DNA from: Thermoplasmata archaeon | Lineage (GTDB): Archaea; Thermoplasmatota; Thermoplasmata; Sysuiplasmatales; Sysuiplasmataceae | Reading direction: 5' to 3' | Length of the DNA stretch: 64,000 bases | Assembly: GCA_021806165.1 (NCBI GenBank) | Contig: JAJZXY010000004.1 | Coordinates: 65,595-129,594 of the forward strand | Part shown: positions 47,821-59,041 of the stretch, piece after piece | Layout of the letters: each line of letters starts with the position of its first letter | How positions within the stretch are numbered: the first letter of the stretch is position 1 | Translations under genes and position numbers: made by a program | The notes under the pieces: model-generated | Told to the model about the DNA's origin: nothing | Databases searched by the model: none | The model's input: only the letters and a program-made list of their open reading frames with translations

Positions 47821-49032
47821 ATGACGCAGAACGTTGCAGAAAATGAAGCGCGCAAATCCGGTAAAGAGGGCATGGACGTCTATCGTGTGGAAATCAATTA
47901 CAGGGGCATATTCCAGAAGAGGCTCGGGTACAACATCTCACATGGCATTGTCTACGCCGCGCACTCTGAGGGGAAGACCGCCTTTTCCAACGGGAGGTAC
48001 AGTGATGATCCTCAGAGGAATGGTATACCTTGCGCAAACTTTGCCATCGTTTCGGGCAGCCTGGGAGAGGAGGAGCTTGAAGCGATCGCAAGTGCGAAGA
48101 TGGACGTCGATGAGGCAGACGTAGTGCTTGTCCTTGACGACACAATGGCAAAAGGACTGGAGCCATGGGGACACTACGGCATCAGGCCGATAAACCAGAA
48201 GGTGGTTGAGGGCGGCACCATACTGTTCGTGTCAAGAAGAAAGCCGGCGGAACTGGCGAAGCTCATGGAAAGAAGGCCATTCACTTACAGGCTGGCGGTT
48301 CTTCCCGGAGACCGGAGTTTTGCCGGGCTCTGGTACCAGAGGGATGACAATACAGACATCCGCGTCCTGGCCGCAGTAGCCAGGGTGGCGCCTCATATCG
48401 TGGACATGGAGAGCGTGGTGAGGTACATCAGGGGGAAATTCAATGACGAGAAGAGAGTGGAAGCAGCAAGGGAGGCATACGACTCCGTGGCTGTCAGCGA
48501 GGTTTCTCCGGATGACGGGATGGTATGGCCATATGAGAAGCCCGCACTTCCGGCATGGCAGGATTTTGACGAGGGCATGGCCGTCAAGAGCGTAAAACGC
48601 GGCTTCAAGATGGGTCCCAGGGGGCAGAACAGGAATCCCGATTTCAGGAGGGGAACCAGCAGATCACAGAGGCCAGTGATTCGTTTTGACACATGCATCA
48701 AGTGCACACTGTGCTGGTACGACTGCCCTGACGAATGCTTCGATCCAACAACTGACGGCCTGTTTGATGTCAATTACGAGTACTGCACAGGCTGCGGCAG
48801 GTGTGCGCAGGTCTGCCCGGTTGACGACTGCATAGTGATGGTTGATGAACTGAAGTTCGACAGCAACAGCAGTCCCTGGGAGGATTACACCGTGGATCCC
48901 GAGGAATATGTGAGGAGAATGGAGGAAATAAAGGGACTGTCAAGGGAGGTGCCCTCGCCTGTGACAGGCATGGGTGAGCGCATACTGGAGCGGAAGGAAA
49001 GCGTGCCTTTCAAGCCGAAGGGGGGAAAGTAA
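47821..49032 (+). CDS. porGD: Pyruvate/2-oxoacid:ferredoxin oxidoreductase, fused gamma-delta subunit (gamma domain plus 2x[4Fe-4S] ferredoxin)
   Basis: The N-terminal gamma-like domain is followed by 'CIKCTLCWYDCPDECF' and 'CTGCGRCAQVCP'. It is the first gene of the por cluster. Confidence 0.7.
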   Translation: MTQNVAENEARKSGKEGMDVYRVEINYRGIFQKRLGYNISHGIVYAAHSEGKTAFSNGRYSDDPQRNGIPCANFAIVSGSLGEEELEAIASAKMDVDEADVVLVLDDTMAKGLEPWGHYGIRPINQKVVEGGTILFVSRRKPAELAKLMERRPFTYRLAVLPGDRSFAGLWYQRDDNTDIRVLAAVARVAPHIVDMESVVRYIRGKFNDEKRVEAAREAYDSVAVSEVSPDDGMVWPYEKPALPAWQDFDEGMAVKSVKRGFKMGPRGQNRNPDFRRGTSRSQRPVIRFDTCIKCTLCWYDCPDECFDPTTDGLFDVNYEYCTGCGRCAQVCPVDDCIVMVDELKFDSNSSPWEDYTVDPEEYVRRMEEIKGLSREVPSPVTGMGERILERKESVPFKPKGGK

Positions 49033-50280
49033 ATGGCCGCCGGTCTGAAAGAGGAGAAGGTATACGAACGGGAGGAGCTGGCTTCAGGGACGGACGGGGT
49101 GGCCCAGGCGGTCCGCCTTGCGGACGTTGACGTATTCGCCGCGTATCCAATCCGCCCGTATACAGGAGTGATGGACCGCCTGGCGAAGTTCATTGCTGAC
49201 GGCAAGTTTGACGCGGAGTACATCATTGCCGACGGAGAACATTCCCAGTTTGAGATAGGGAAGCACGCTTCCTCTGTAGGGGCCCGTTCATTCGTGGGCA
49301 GCAGCGGAACCGGGTGGCTGTATGCGATGGAGGCTCTGGCGACCACTGCAACCGACAGGCTGCCCGTGGTTGCACTCGTCGGCAACAGGGCGCTGGACGA
49401 TCCAGGCGCTTTCGGAGTCGAACATAATGACGCGATGCTTGTCAGGGACCTGGGATGGCTTGTCGTCTGGGCCTCGACCGCGCAGGAAGCGCTTGACACC
49501 ACACTGGTGGCTTACCGTGTCGCTGAAGACCCGTCTGTAATGATGCCATGCGCAGTTGCAATGGACGGCGGGTATCTGACGCATTCTGAACACATCATAA
49601 AGGTTCCGACAAAGGAGGCAGTTTCCAGATTCCTCCCCAGGTACAGCCTTGGCAGGAGGGTGATGCATCCGGACAACCCCGTTTCAATAGCCCCCCAGAT
49701 CAACGAGGACTGGTGCATGGAGATCAGGAGGCAGAACTGGGAGGCGGCGAAGAGGGCGAAGCAGGTCATCTACCAGGCATACAGGGAGTTCAACAGCGTC
49801 TTTGGCTCAAAGTACACAAACCCCTTCTTTGACGAGTACATGACCTCCGACGCCGATACAGTCGTGATAGGCATGGGCACTGTGTCTTCGGCAGCCAAGG
49901 TGGCTGTGAGCCGGCTCAGGGAGAAGGGCGAGAAGGTGGGTTTCATCAAGCTCAGATGGTTCAGGCCATTCCCTACGGAGGAGCTCAGGAAGACACTTTC
50001 GGCAGCGAAAAGGGTCACAGTGATAGACAGGGATTTCGCTCACGGTGGACCGGATGATGGCGGCGTCCTCTACAATGAGGTCAGGGCAGCTCTCTACGAC
50101 TCTGCCAACAGGCCAAAGGTCGTGGACTTCATAGCCGGGCTTGGCGGGCGCGAGATATCCATAGAGGATGTGACAAAGATGGTGGAACTGACCTCGAGCA
50201 GCACTATGGATGAGAAGATCCACTGGATAGGCCTCAGAGAGGGTACGAAGGGAGCAGCAGTCGAAAACAGGAGGCAGTAA
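49033..50280 (+). CDS. porA: Pyruvate/2-oxoacid:ferredoxin oxidoreductase alpha subunit
   Basis: 415 aa. 'AAYPIRPYTGVMDRLAKFIADGK' (transketolase-like pyrimidine-binding domain), then domain II. Confidence 0.85.
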   Translation: MAAGLKEEKVYEREELASGTDGVAQAVRLADVDVFAAYPIRPYTGVMDRLAKFIADGKFDAEYIIADGEHSQFEIGKHASSVGARSFVGSSGTGWLYAMEALATTATDRLPVVALVGNRALDDPGAFGVEHNDAMLVRDLGWLVVWASTAQEALDTTLVAYRVAEDPSVMMPCAVAMDGGYLTHSEHIIKVPTKEAVSRFLPRYSLGRRVMHPDNPVSIAPQINEDWCMEIRRQNWEAAKRAKQVIYQAYREFNSVFGSKYTNPFFDEYMTSDADTVVIGMGTVSSAAKVAVSRLREKGEKVGFIKLRWFRPFPTEELRKTLSAAKRVTVIDRDFAHGGPDDGGVLYNEVRAALYDSANRPKVVDFIAGLGGREISIEDVTKMVELTSSSTMDEKIHWIGLREGTKGAAVENRRQ

Positions 50281-50281
50281 T

Positions 50282-51286
50282 ATGTCAGAATCAAATGAAG
50301 GCGGGAAGGAATTTGGCAATGCAAAACTCTACACAAGTGTTCACGGCATAGACCTGGAGGAATTCTATTCTTCGGGCCACAGGACATGCCAGGGGTGCGA
50401 GTCAGCGCTTGTCATGCGTGACTTCATCAAGGCAGCTGGGCCCAGGACTGTTGTGACCGGGGCTACCGGATGCATGTACGTAGCCAATACCAGCTACATG
50501 ACAACGCCGTGGGTTGTCCCGTGGATGCACACCCAGCTCGGCGCCGGCGGGGCCTCGGCGGTTGGAATGGCCGCGGGACTTCGCGCGCTGATGAGAAAAG
50601 GCAAGATCAGGGATGAGAAGATAAACGTGATCAACTTCTCCGGGGACCTTGGCGGTGGAGACATGGGGCTGGGCGGTATTTCCGGTGCCCTGAACTCAGA
50701 CTATGACCTGCTTGTCATAATCTACGACAACGAGTCTGCGGCAAACACGGATATCCAGGCCACCAACCTGACACCCTACGGTGCCCAGACGACATTCAGC
50801 CCTACTGGGTCGGCGAGGAGGATTATGCACACGAAGTGGAAGAAGAACGTTGCGGCGATGATGGCTGTGGGCCATCCCAACTGCAGATACGTTGCCACCG
50901 CCTGCGCCACCTGGCCGCCCATGGATTACATGAACAAGGTGAAGAAGGCGCTGAGCTCCGGAGGCCCGACGCTCATACACACGCTGGACCCCTGCCCGAA
51001 GGGATGGGACTACCACCCGCGCTATTCGGGGGAACTGGGGCAGCTTGCCATAAAGACGGGCATATTCCCGCTGTATGAGATCGTCAGGGGGGAGGTCAGG
51101 TACACCTATGACGCAAGGAAGCAGAAGCGCACGCCTGTCAGGGAATACATCGAGAAGCAGGGGCGGTTCACCCATTTCATCGAGGAGGACTTTGAGCTTG
51201 TCCAGGCGAGGGTTGATGAGATGTGGAATGACTGGGAGATACCGGGAGTGGCGCCCGTGAAGGGCATACTGAAGCTGGCAGACTAG
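50282..51286 (+). CDS. porB: Pyruvate/2-oxoacid:ferredoxin oxidoreductase beta subunit (TPP-binding)
   Basis: 'CQGCESALV' (proximal cluster Cys) and the TPP motif 'GDLGGGDMGLGGISGALNSDYDLLVIIYDNESAANT'. Confidence 0.85.
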   Translation: MSESNEGGKEFGNAKLYTSVHGIDLEEFYSSGHRTCQGCESALVMRDFIKAAGPRTVVTGATGCMYVANTSYMTTPWVVPWMHTQLGAGGASAVGMAAGLRALMRKGKIRDEKINVINFSGDLGGGDMGLGGISGALNSDYDLLVIIYDNESAANTDIQATNLTPYGAQTTFSPTGSARRIMHTKWKKNVAAMMAVGHPNCRYVATACATWPPMDYMNKVKKALSSGGPTLIHTLDPCPKGWDYHPRYSGELGQLAIKTGIFPLYEIVRGEVRYTYDARKQKRTPVREYIEKQGRFTHFIEEDFELVQARVDEMWNDWEIPGVAPVKGILKLAD

Positions 51287-51349
51287 GCCAGCTTCAGTCT
51301 TCTGCTCACCGCTCCAAACCACTTACCTGTTTTTCAGGGCCTGGATGAT

Positions 51350-53344
51350 TCATTCATTCCCCGGGCCGTTGCCCTCAAGATCGAACTGTTTCACAGTATA
51401 GTTGCGGGGGCTTGAAAATGGCCTGAAATACTTCCCGTTTCCCTTGTAGAACTTGGAGAAGAACTCCACATAGATCAGCCTTGCGCCCTGTATTCCCGGC
51501 TCAAACACAGCGATTATCAGGTTGAACAGCTGCCCGACGACAAGAATGACGACCCCGACCACTGCCAGGAGGGGGGACTTGGCCACACCCTTGAGGAATA
51601 TGATGTCAATGACCTCTGCCAGGATCACTGAAGCAAGCAATATTCCGACTATCCTTGTGTATGACAGAATGTGGCTGATGATCGAGGGGAGTTCCATTGC
51701 GCCCATCGTCCCCTCCGAGGCGAATATAGTAACCACCCCGGCCACCAGCATGGCTATGGAGGCAAGGCCCGAGACGGAGCCTGTTATTGAAGCGTGATGT
51801 ATCAGCCCAAGGCCGAGCATGGATATTCCCCAGGCAAAGAGGAGCCAGCCTATCTTGCCCGCTATTCCCCTCCTGTGCCCCTTCGTGTACTCGTTGTATG
51901 CACCCAGCACAAGTCCCAGGGAGACAAGCGAGAGGCCGAAGTAACCCGTAAAGAGGAGCAGCTTCCCGACACCGGCATCGAAGACCGTGGAGGAGGTTAC
52001 CAGCGAGAGGGAGGAGCCTGCAAGCCCCATGTCAAGGACTGTGACAGGCAGCACCGAGAAGCCGAAGAACTCGTTGAAAAGCAGTCCTGCAACTATGGCT
52101 ATTATGGAGGAAGGTATCAGGGCCTTTGCGAGCGTCCTCAGCGCACTGGGTCCCATGATCATCAGGACAAACCCCGACAGCATCTTCGGTATGTGGCTCT
52201 TCCTCACGGGATGGTCTATGCGATGGATTATGAACAGTGATATGAGCAGAATGGCAAGCCCGTAGCCCCAGTCACCTACCATTATGCCGAAGAAGAACGG
52301 GAAGACAAGTGCGAACACCAGTGTGGGGTCAACCTCGTATTCCTGTGGCAGTGAATAGAACCTGATGAAGAACTCAAAGAGCTTCACCCCTCTGGGATTC
52401 TTCAGAAGCGTCGGAGGCTGCTCCTCGGTCTTGACCACCGATACAATGACATTGCCTCCTGTTATGTTTTCCAGCATGTCCACAAGCATCTTGTGGTACC
52501 TCGCCGGCAGCCAACCCTCAAGTGCAAAACTGTCCCTTGTTGAAGCCAGCTTCTCAGATACCTCGAACTTCCTGGACTCGATCTCAAGCTGCTCCCTTAT
52601 CTGGGCAACAGGCGCAAACCACTTTTCAGAGAGTTCGACAAGCCTGGTCCGTATGTCCGCGAGCTCTCCCTGCAGCTTCGTTATGCTCGAGCGCGATTCC
52701 TCGATGAATGCGTCCGGCCTCCCCGACATCTGGGGGACAGCCACTATCAGGAATCCGCGCTCGTTTGAAAGCCTTGCCAGATCGGAGTCCTTTCCAGCAG
52801 GCACGGATACAAGGAAATAATTGTTGTGCAGATCTGCGCATACCGCATCCGGAATGCTGCCAATCACGGAAGAGCGTATGTCAGAGCCTTCCTGCTTTTT
52901 CGCAAGGAAGGAGAGTATAAGCCTCCCGGAGTAAATTGAAAGGTCCTGCCCCGCGGGCGCCAGTGCTTCGGCAATCCTGATCTTCTCCCCTATCTCCCTC
53001 AGCTCGGTCGAAATTGCAGCATCCCTCTCCTTCAGCTGCTTGAGCTCCGGCTCTATGTTGACCTGCGAAGCCGCCTCAAGAAGTTCCTCAAGCGACTTGA
53101 AATACTTTCTTTCAGCCTGCCTCCTGGGCAGTATTGCCTCCATGCCCCTGAACCTGAGCAGCTCGGAGCTGAGCTTCTCGTAGCTGCGTGAAGCTGTCCC
53201 CTTTTCCATCAGGCCTGCTATGTCACCGCTTACATCTTCCAGCTGCATGACTCCCGCATCATGAAGGGCGGAAACCACAAGGCTGCGCTTCGAGTTGGCC
53301 CCTATTATGCGTATCCTAACGATCTTCTCAGGTTTGAGCGCCAT
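51350..53344 (-). CDS. atpI: A-type (A1Ao) ATP synthase subunit I (a-subunit homologue)
   Basis: 664 aa: N-terminal soluble coiled-coil domain plus C-terminal ~7 TM helices. It is the last gene of the ATPase operon. Confidence 0.85.
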   Translation of the reverse strand: MALKPEKIVRIRIIGANSKRSLVVSALHDAGVMQLEDVSGDIAGLMEKGTASRSYEKLSSELLRFRGMEAILPRRQAERKYFKSLEELLEAASQVNIEPELKQLKERDAAISTELREIGEKIRIAEALAPAGQDLSIYSGRLILSFLAKKQEGSDIRSSVIGSIPDAVCADLHNNYFLVSVPAGKDSDLARLSNERGFLIVAVPQMSGRPDAFIEESRSSITKLQGELADIRTRLVELSEKWFAPVAQIREQLEIESRKFEVSEKLASTRDSFALEGWLPARYHKMLVDMLENITGGNVIVSVVKTEEQPPTLLKNPRGVKLFEFFIRFYSLPQEYEVDPTLVFALVFPFFFGIMVGDWGYGLAILLISLFIIHRIDHPVRKSHIPKMLSGFVLMIMGPSALRTLAKALIPSSIIAIVAGLLFNEFFGFSVLPVTVLDMGLAGSSLSLVTSSTVFDAGVGKLLLFTGYFGLSLVSLGLVLGAYNEYTKGHRRGIAGKIGWLLFAWGISMLGLGLIHHASITGSVSGLASIAMLVAGVVTIFASEGTMGAMELPSIISHILSYTRIVGILLASVILAEVIDIIFLKGVAKSPLLAVVGVVILVVGQLFNLIIAVFEPGIQGARLIYVEFFSKFYKGNGKYFRPFSSPRNYTVKQFDLEGNGPGNE

Positions 53345-53348
53345 CCCA

Positions 53349-53672
53349 CTATTCCTCTAGGTATTCGCGTATGAGCCTGTTCACCATCTCTTCCAGCTGT
53401 GCTGCGGTTATCTTCAGTTTCATTCCGGAAGCTTCCTTCCGGGCGCTTTCCACAATCTCGTCACATTTGACCCTGACATCCCCGCGCACCTTCTCCAGAG
53501 CATCCAGGTAATTGCGCTGGGCCTCTTCCCTGGCAGCTTCCAGGGAGGCCGAGAGCTCACTCTTCCTCTGTTCAAGCATCTCCTCCTGCTTCTGGGCGAA
53601 ATCCCTGATTTCTGCCTCTACAGACTCTTCCTTCTCCTTGATTGCTCTAAGCGCATCTATATCGCCGGTCAT
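53349..53672 (-). CDS. atpH: A-type ATP synthase subunit H (peripheral-stalk coiled coil)
   Basis: 107-aa charged coiled-coil protein directly upstream of atpI. Confidence 0.5.
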   Translation of the reverse strand: MTGDIDALRAIKEKEESVEAEIRDFAQKQEEMLEQRKSELSASLEAAREEAQRNYLDALEKVRGDVRVKCDEIVESARKEASGMKLKITAAQLEEMVNRLIREYLEE

Positions 53673-53841
53673 TCAGATCACTCCGGAAATGAAGAGAGCC
53701 AGCACAACCACAACAACAGCAATGTTGAGCGTGTATACAAGCCTCCGTACAAGCATGAACCTGCGCAGGGGGCGGTTTCCCCTGATCATGTCGGGTGTGA
53801 TGGCAACCTCCTTCACGAAATGCTTTGCCTTGTACCTGTGC

Positions 53842-54513
53842 CTAGGCTGATACATCTGCCGCCTCCTGGCTGTCACGCTGTACCATCTTCCTCTTGATTA
53901 CCTTCAGCGTGGTGAAAGTATCTCTCTCAATCTCGTCCAGGCGCATCCTGATCTGCTTTGCGGAATATGTCAGCTGCGGGATGAGAATGTTCTCAATCGC
54001 ATTCGACCTTCTCTTCGTCTTGTCGATTTCCTGCAGCAGCCTTCTCATAGAATTCTCCTTTTCGGCAATTTCCAGCATCGAGGAGAGCACCTTTTCAAAC
54101 TTCCTTATGGCGTCGTTTACGGGTGCGCTGACTGCTGTGGCGCGATACTCGGGGCTCAGCACCGACCGCCCCTCGCTGATGCTCAGCTCGGGGACCCTCA
54201 CACCCATCACGTTCTTTGCACCTACGCCGACATTGGAGCTGGATGACATCTGCGCGACCCTCTCAAGCTCCATCGCCCCGCTCATTACCTCGGCAAGCTT
54301 CAGCGTCCCTATGGCCCTGCCGATGTCCTCCCTCAGGTTCTCCCTCAGTCCCCTTATCTTCCTGCTGATGTTGAAAAACTCCATGACGAGGGCGTTGCGC
54401 TTCATCTTCAACAGATCAAGTCCCCTCTTTGCGAGCTTTATTCGTCTGTTGGTCCTGATCAGTTCGATCCTTGTGGGCTTGATCTGCTGTGCAGGCACTA
54501 CTCCTTCCTCCAC
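53842..54513 (-). CDS. atpD: A-type ATP synthase subunit D
   Basis: 223-aa coiled-coil central-stalk protein '[34 protein letters not shown]'. Confidence 0.85.
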   Translation of the reverse strand: MEEGVVPAQQIKPTRIELIRTNRRIKLAKRGLDLLKMKRNALVMEFFNISRKIRGLRENLREDIGRAIGTLKLAEVMSGAMELERVAQMSSSSNVGVGAKNVMGVRVPELSISEGRSVLSPEYRATAVSAPVNDAIRKFEKVLSSMLEIAEKENSMRRLLQEIDKTKRRSNAIENILIPQLTYSAKQIRMRLDEIERDTFTTLKVIKRKMVQRDSQEAADVSA

Positions 54514-55886
54514 TTCCCGTACTTGTCGATGAATTCCTTCTTGACCCTCTTCATTTCCGACTGAGGCAGAATGCTTAGCAGCTCCCAGCCAAGGTCGAGC
54601 GTTGTCTCGATGCTCCTGTCCTCGTAGACCCCCTGCTTGACAAACCTGCTTTCAAACTCATCCGCGAACTTGAGGTAAAGCCTGTCGCTGGCACCGAGGG
54701 CCTCCTCGCCGACGATTGCACTCAGCGACCTGAGGTCCTTGCCGTTTGCGTATGCGGAATACAACTGGTCGGCTGTTCCCCTGTGGTCTTCCCTGGTCCT
54801 GCCCTTGCCTATTCCCTGGTTCATGAGCCTGGAGAGTGAAGGGAGCACATCTATGCCGGGATAGATGCCCTTCCTCTGCAGGTCACGGCTCAGGACAGTC
54901 TGCCCCTCGGTTATGTAGCCCGTGAGGTCAGGTATCGGGTGTGTGATGTCGTCTCCCGGCATGGTAAGAATAGGTATCTGGGTTATGGAACCGTTCTTTC
55001 CCCTGATCTTCCCGGCCCTCTCGTATATCGTGCTGAGGTCGGTGTACATGTATCCCGGATATCCCCTTCTGCCCGGAACCTCCTCCCTGGCCGAGGATAT
55101 CTCCCTGAGCGCCTCGCAGTAGTTTGTCATGTCCGACAGAATGACAAGTATGTGCATCTCCCTTTCATAAGCGAGGTACTCGGCCGTAGTTAGCGCGACC
55201 TTTGGAAGCATTATCCTTTCCATCGAAGGGTCTGATGAAAGATTCAGGAACAGGACGGCCCTTGAGAGTGCGCCCGTATTCCTGAATTCATTAATGAAGA
55301 AATTCGCCTCCTCGCTCGTAATGCCCATCGCGCCGAATATGACGGCGAAGTTCTCCCCCTTGCCAAGCACCTTTGCCTGTCTTGCAATCTGTGCGGCAAG
55401 CATGTTGTGTGCCAGACCAGAGCCTGAGAATATCGGAAGTTTCTGTCCCCTGACGAGTGTGTTCATTCCGTCTATCGTCGATATGCCTGTCTCTATGAAT
55501 TCGGAAGGTTCCTCCCTGGAGTAGGGGTTTATCGCGTTGCCCACGATCTCCACCCTTTCCTTGCTTATCAGCGAAGGGCCGCCGTCGGAAGGCTCGCCAA
55601 GACCGTTGAATATCCTTCCGAGCATCTCGTCCGATACTGTGATCCTTGCCGTGCTCCCCGAGAACTTCACCCTGGTCTTGCCGATATCCATCCCGGAAGT
55701 GGGACCGAACACCTGTACTACGGCAAGACCCTTGCTTGTGTCAAGGACCTGGCCTGTCCTTGTAGTGCCGTCGGGAGTGCTGATCTCCACAAGCTCGTTG
55801 TAAGCGGCATTTCCAACCTTTTCGACAAACAGAAGAGGGCCCGTTATCTGTGAAATAGACTTGTAGCTTATTCCAGGCATGTTCAA
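54498..55886 (-). CDS. atpB: A-type ATP synthase subunit B (regulatory)
   Basis: 462 aa. '[13 protein letters not shown]', with a degenerate P-loop '[19 protein letters not shown]'. Confidence 0.9.
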   Translation of the reverse strand: MNMPGISYKSISQITGPLLFVEKVGNAAYNELVEISTPDGTTRTGQVLDTSKGLAVVQVFGPTSGMDIGKTRVKFSGSTARITVSDEMLGRIFNGLGEPSDGGPSLISKERVEIVGNAINPYSREEPSEFIETGISTIDGMNTLVRGQKLPIFSGSGLAHNMLAAQIARQAKVLGKGENFAVIFGAMGITSEEANFFINEFRNTGALSRAVLFLNLSSDPSMERIMLPKVALTTAEYLAYEREMHILVILSDMTNYCEALREISSAREEVPGRRGYPGYMYTDLSTIYERAGKIRGKNGSITQIPILTMPGDDITHPIPDLTGYITEGQTVLSRDLQRKGIYPGIDVLPSLSRLMNQGIGKGRTREDHRGTADQLYSAYANGKDLRSLSAIVGEEALGASDRLYLKFADEFESRFVKQGVYEDRSIETTLDLGWELLSILPQSEMKRVKKEFIDKYGKWRKE

Positions 55887-57646
55887 GCACCTACCATTTC
55901 CGCACCGGCAGTCTTCAGCTGCTCCCTTATCTCCTCAAGAAGGCCCGAAAAGAATTTCTCCACGTCCTCCTCCTTTGTCTCCTTCATCCTTGATATTTTC
56001 TCCCTGACAGGAAGTGATGAGAGCTGTTCCATCGTGGCTCCCCTCTCCAGCGCGTCGTTCTGCAGCCTCCCCATCTCCATGATGGCGTTAAGCATACCGA
56101 ACTGCTTTGCCGGGGAGCAGTATGAGTCGACTTCATCGAAGGCGCTCTGCTGCAGGAAATCCTCCCTTATCATCCTCGCTATGTCCAGCACCGCCTTCTC
56201 CTTCTCTGGAAGGGCGTCATATCCGACAAGCTGGACAACCTCCTGAAGCTCGGCCTCCTTCTGCAGTATCGCCATTGCCTCCGAATAGGCAGCCCCCCAC
56301 CCCTTGGACACATTGTCCTCGAACCATTTTTCCAGCTCGCCCTGGTAGAGGGAATAGCTGTTCAGCCAGTTTATCGATGGGAAGTGCCTCCTGGAGGCAA
56401 GGGAGGAATCCAGTGCCCAGAAGACCCTTGTGACCCTCAGTGTGTTTTGCGATACAGGCTCGGACACATCGCCGCCCGGCGGGGAAACAGCTCCCACAAT
56501 TGTGACTGAACCGTACCTCTCCTCGTTCGACACAACCTTTGCGTTGCCTGAGCGCTCGTAGAATTCGGAAACCCTCCTGCCGAGATATGCGGGATAACCC
56601 TCTTCACCGGGCATTTCCTCAAGCCTGCCCGATATCTCCCTGAGAGCCTCGGCCCAGCGGGACGTGCTGTCCGCCATCAGTGCAACGTCGTAGCCCATGT
56701 CCCTGTAGTACTCCGCTATGGTGATTCCGGTGTAAATGCTCGCCTCACGGGCGGCAACAGGCATATTCGATGTATTGGCAATGAGGACCGTCCTCTCCAT
56801 AAGAGGCTTGCCGCTCTTCGGGTCCAGTAGTTCAGGGAACGTGGTAAGTATTTCAGTCATTTCATTTCCACGCTCGCCGCATCCGACGTAGACCACAATG
56901 TCGCTGTCCGCCCATTTGGAAAGCTGGTGCTGGACAACCGTCTTGCCTGAACCGAATGGACCGGGCACCGCGACCGTCCCCCCCTTTGCAACGGGGAAGA
57001 ACGTGTCGATAACCCTCTGCCCTGTTATCAGTGGAATGGTCGGGGGCAGCTTGCCCATGACCCTCCTTGCGACCCTGACAGGCCACTCCTGCTTGAGCTT
57101 CACATCCGCTGTCCCTGAAGCGGTCTTTATAACAGCGACCACGTCGTTGACCGTGAATTCGCCGTTCTTTATGCTCTCGATCTTGCCTGAAACGCCGTAT
57201 GGGACCATTACCTTGTGGGTAATCAGGGATGTCTCCTGCACTTCCCCTATTATCTGCCCCTCGGACACCTGGTCCCCCTTCGCAGCCACAGTCTTGAATT
57301 CCCATTTTGCCGACTCGTTCAGCGGGGTGGCGGAAAACCCTCTTCGAATGAAATCGCCACTCTTCTCCCTTATGATGTCCAGGGGTCTCTGGATACCGTC
57401 ATAGATGGACTTGAGCAGCCCCGGGCCAAGCTCCACCGAGAGCGGTTTGCCCACGTTCTCGACCGCCTCCCCGGGTCTTATCCCGCTTGTGTCCTCATAA
57501 ACCTGGATTGTGACGTTTTTGCCCGCAATCCTAATCACTTCACCGACGAGTCCAAGTTCACCGACCCTGACGACATCGTACATTCTGACGCCTTCCAGGT
57601 CTTCGGCTATGACCACCGGACCGGATACTCTGGCAACCTTTCCCAT
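55883..57646 (-). CDS. atpA: A-type ATP synthase subunit A (catalytic), no intein
   Basis: 587 aa. P-loop '[14 protein letters not shown]'. Confidence 0.9.
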   Translation of the reverse strand: MGKVARVSGPVVIAEDLEGVRMYDVVRVGELGLVGEVIRIAGKNVTIQVYEDTSGIRPGEAVENVGKPLSVELGPGLLKSIYDGIQRPLDIIREKSGDFIRRGFSATPLNESAKWEFKTVAAKGDQVSEGQIIGEVQETSLITHKVMVPYGVSGKIESIKNGEFTVNDVVAVIKTASGTADVKLKQEWPVRVARRVMGKLPPTIPLITGQRVIDTFFPVAKGGTVAVPGPFGSGKTVVQHQLSKWADSDIVVYVGCGERGNEMTEILTTFPELLDPKSGKPLMERTVLIANTSNMPVAAREASIYTGITIAEYYRDMGYDVALMADSTSRWAEALREISGRLEEMPGEEGYPAYLGRRVSEFYERSGNAKVVSNEERYGSVTIVGAVSPPGGDVSEPVSQNTLRVTRVFWALDSSLASRRHFPSINWLNSYSLYQGELEKWFEDNVSKGWGAAYSEAMAILQKEAELQEVVQLVGYDALPEKEKAVLDIARMIREDFLQQSAFDEVDSYCSPAKQFGMLNAIMEMGRLQNDALERGATMEQLSSLPVREKISRMKETKEEDVEKFFSGLLEEIREQLKTAGAEMVGA

Positions 57647-57650
57647 TTGT

Positions 57651-57977
57651 TCACCTGCCTATATCGACGCCAAGGACGCGCTTGGCAAACTTCTCAATCG
57701 ACTCTTCATCCCCTCCCCCAGGGAGCGGAACAAAAACAACCAGCGGCACAGTGGACGTTTCAATCAATTCAAGCGCCCTCCTGTCCAGATGTTTTTTCAG
57801 ATTTTCAGAAACCATGATGAATGTGAAGCTTCCGGATCTGAAGAGTTCGTTGAACTTCTCCGCCCCCTTGGCTCCCTCTCCTATGAATGTGTTTGTAACC
57901 CCCAGCAGCCTGAAGCCCAGCGTGATCTCCCGTTCTCCTATAACCGCAATGCCGCCGAAGTTCTGTCCCCCCTTCAT
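57651..57977 (-). CDS. atpF: A-type ATP synthase subunit F
   Basis: 108 aa. '[19 protein letters not shown]'. Confidence 0.8.
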   Translation of the reverse strand: MKGGQNFGGIAVIGEREITLGFRLLGVTNTFIGEGAKGAEKFNELFRSGSFTFIMVSENLKKHLDRRALELIETSTVPLVVFVPLPGGGDEESIEKFAKRVLGVDIGR

Positions 57978-59041
57978 ACAGCACCCCCGAGAAGCATTTC
58001 TTCAGTCTTCCTCTGCTCTATACCGTATGAGGTGCCTATTACTATTGTCCTGAGGTTGTCCCTCTCCCTCTCCGCCCTGAGTATGTATGCGAAGGTTGAA
58101 CCCGCAGATAGCGCCTGCGACGACAGCACTTCCAGGTACCGCCTGAGAAGCGAGGATCTCATCTCGGACTCAAAAAGCTTCAGGTCCCCCTCGGACCTGT
58201 AGGACTCAACTGCCGCCTTGAGGTCATACCTGTCCTGGAGTTTCGCAGCAATGTCCTCCACTCCGCCCGAACCGTACATGGACTGGAGATCATCCATCGA
58301 CAGGTTCCCGTAGGGCAGGAGCTGCTCACGTATCCTGTCGAAGGGCACCGCCATGTCTTTTGCAGCCAGTATTACATTCAGGTTCTTGTTGTCAATCTCT
58401 TCCCTGAAGAACCTGGTGAGAGGTCCCTCGTCTCCATTGTAGAATTTGAGGCTCGATACGAGCCTGGCGTAGTAGTAACGGTCCAGCGCCTGCAGCATGG
58501 GTGCTATGTCATTTTCCTTCCTGTAGCTGTCGAGATACTGGAGCAGCTGCTGGCCGTAGCCGAAGCGTGTAAGATTTTCAGCAACCGCCTCAATGGTAGT
58601 CTGGTTGATCAGCACTCTGAAATCTTCGTTCTTCATTATGCCCCCGAATATGCCCATGGGAACATCCCTGAAGCTGACCAGGAATGTCTCAGTCTCCTTC
58701 ACGTCATAACCCAGGTATTTGGAGGTGATTACCGACTTGATGTTCTGGACGTCCCACTTGGACATGTAGGCACGCAAGAGATCAGAAGTCATCGGAGGCG
58801 CGGCAAAGAGTGCTGTCTTGTTCCTCTCGACAAGCCTTCGGTTTGCAGCCATCTCAAGAAGATCTGGATTTGTGTAAAGGGAATACAGTGCATTTATGTC
58901 ATCCTTGTATGCCGTTCCGGAAAGCGTTCTTGTCATGTCCTCGAGCGGCATGCCTATCAGTCCTCTGACAAAACTGTCGCTGAGGAACTCGGTCTGCGAG
59001 ACTTTGATCCTGCCATAGCTGCCGGAGTACGTGGAATCCAT
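57974..59041 (-). CDS. atpC: A-type ATP synthase subunit C
   Basis: 355-aa all-helical protein positioned between E and F. Confidence 0.8.
   Translation of the reverse strand: MDSTYSGSYGRIKVSQTEFLSDSFVRGLIGMPLEDMTRTLSGTAYKDDINALYSLYTNPDLLEMAANRRLVERNKTALFAAPPMTSDLLRAYMSKWDVQNIKSVITSKYLGYDVKETETFLVSFRDVPMGIFGGIMKNEDFRVLINQTTIEAVAENLTRFGYGQQLLQYLDSYRKENDIAPMLQALDRYYYARLVSSLKFYNGDEGPLTRFFREEIDNKNLNVILAAKDMAVPFDRIREQLLPYGNLSMDDLQSMYGSGGVEDIAAKLQDRYDLKAAVESYRSEGDLKLFESEMRSSLLRRYLEVLSSQALSAGSTFAYILRAERERDNLRTIVIGTSYGIEQRKTEEMLLGGAV

Noticed and set aside
50696-51322. 208-aa minus-strand ORF antisense to porB
   Set aside because: Antisense shadow. porB carries the TPP-binding motif.
53673-53876. 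67-aa ORF between atpD and atpH (basic N-terminus plus one TM)
   Set aside because: Possible small membrane protein, but it overlaps the atpD 3' end and has no homology signal. Too weak to call.
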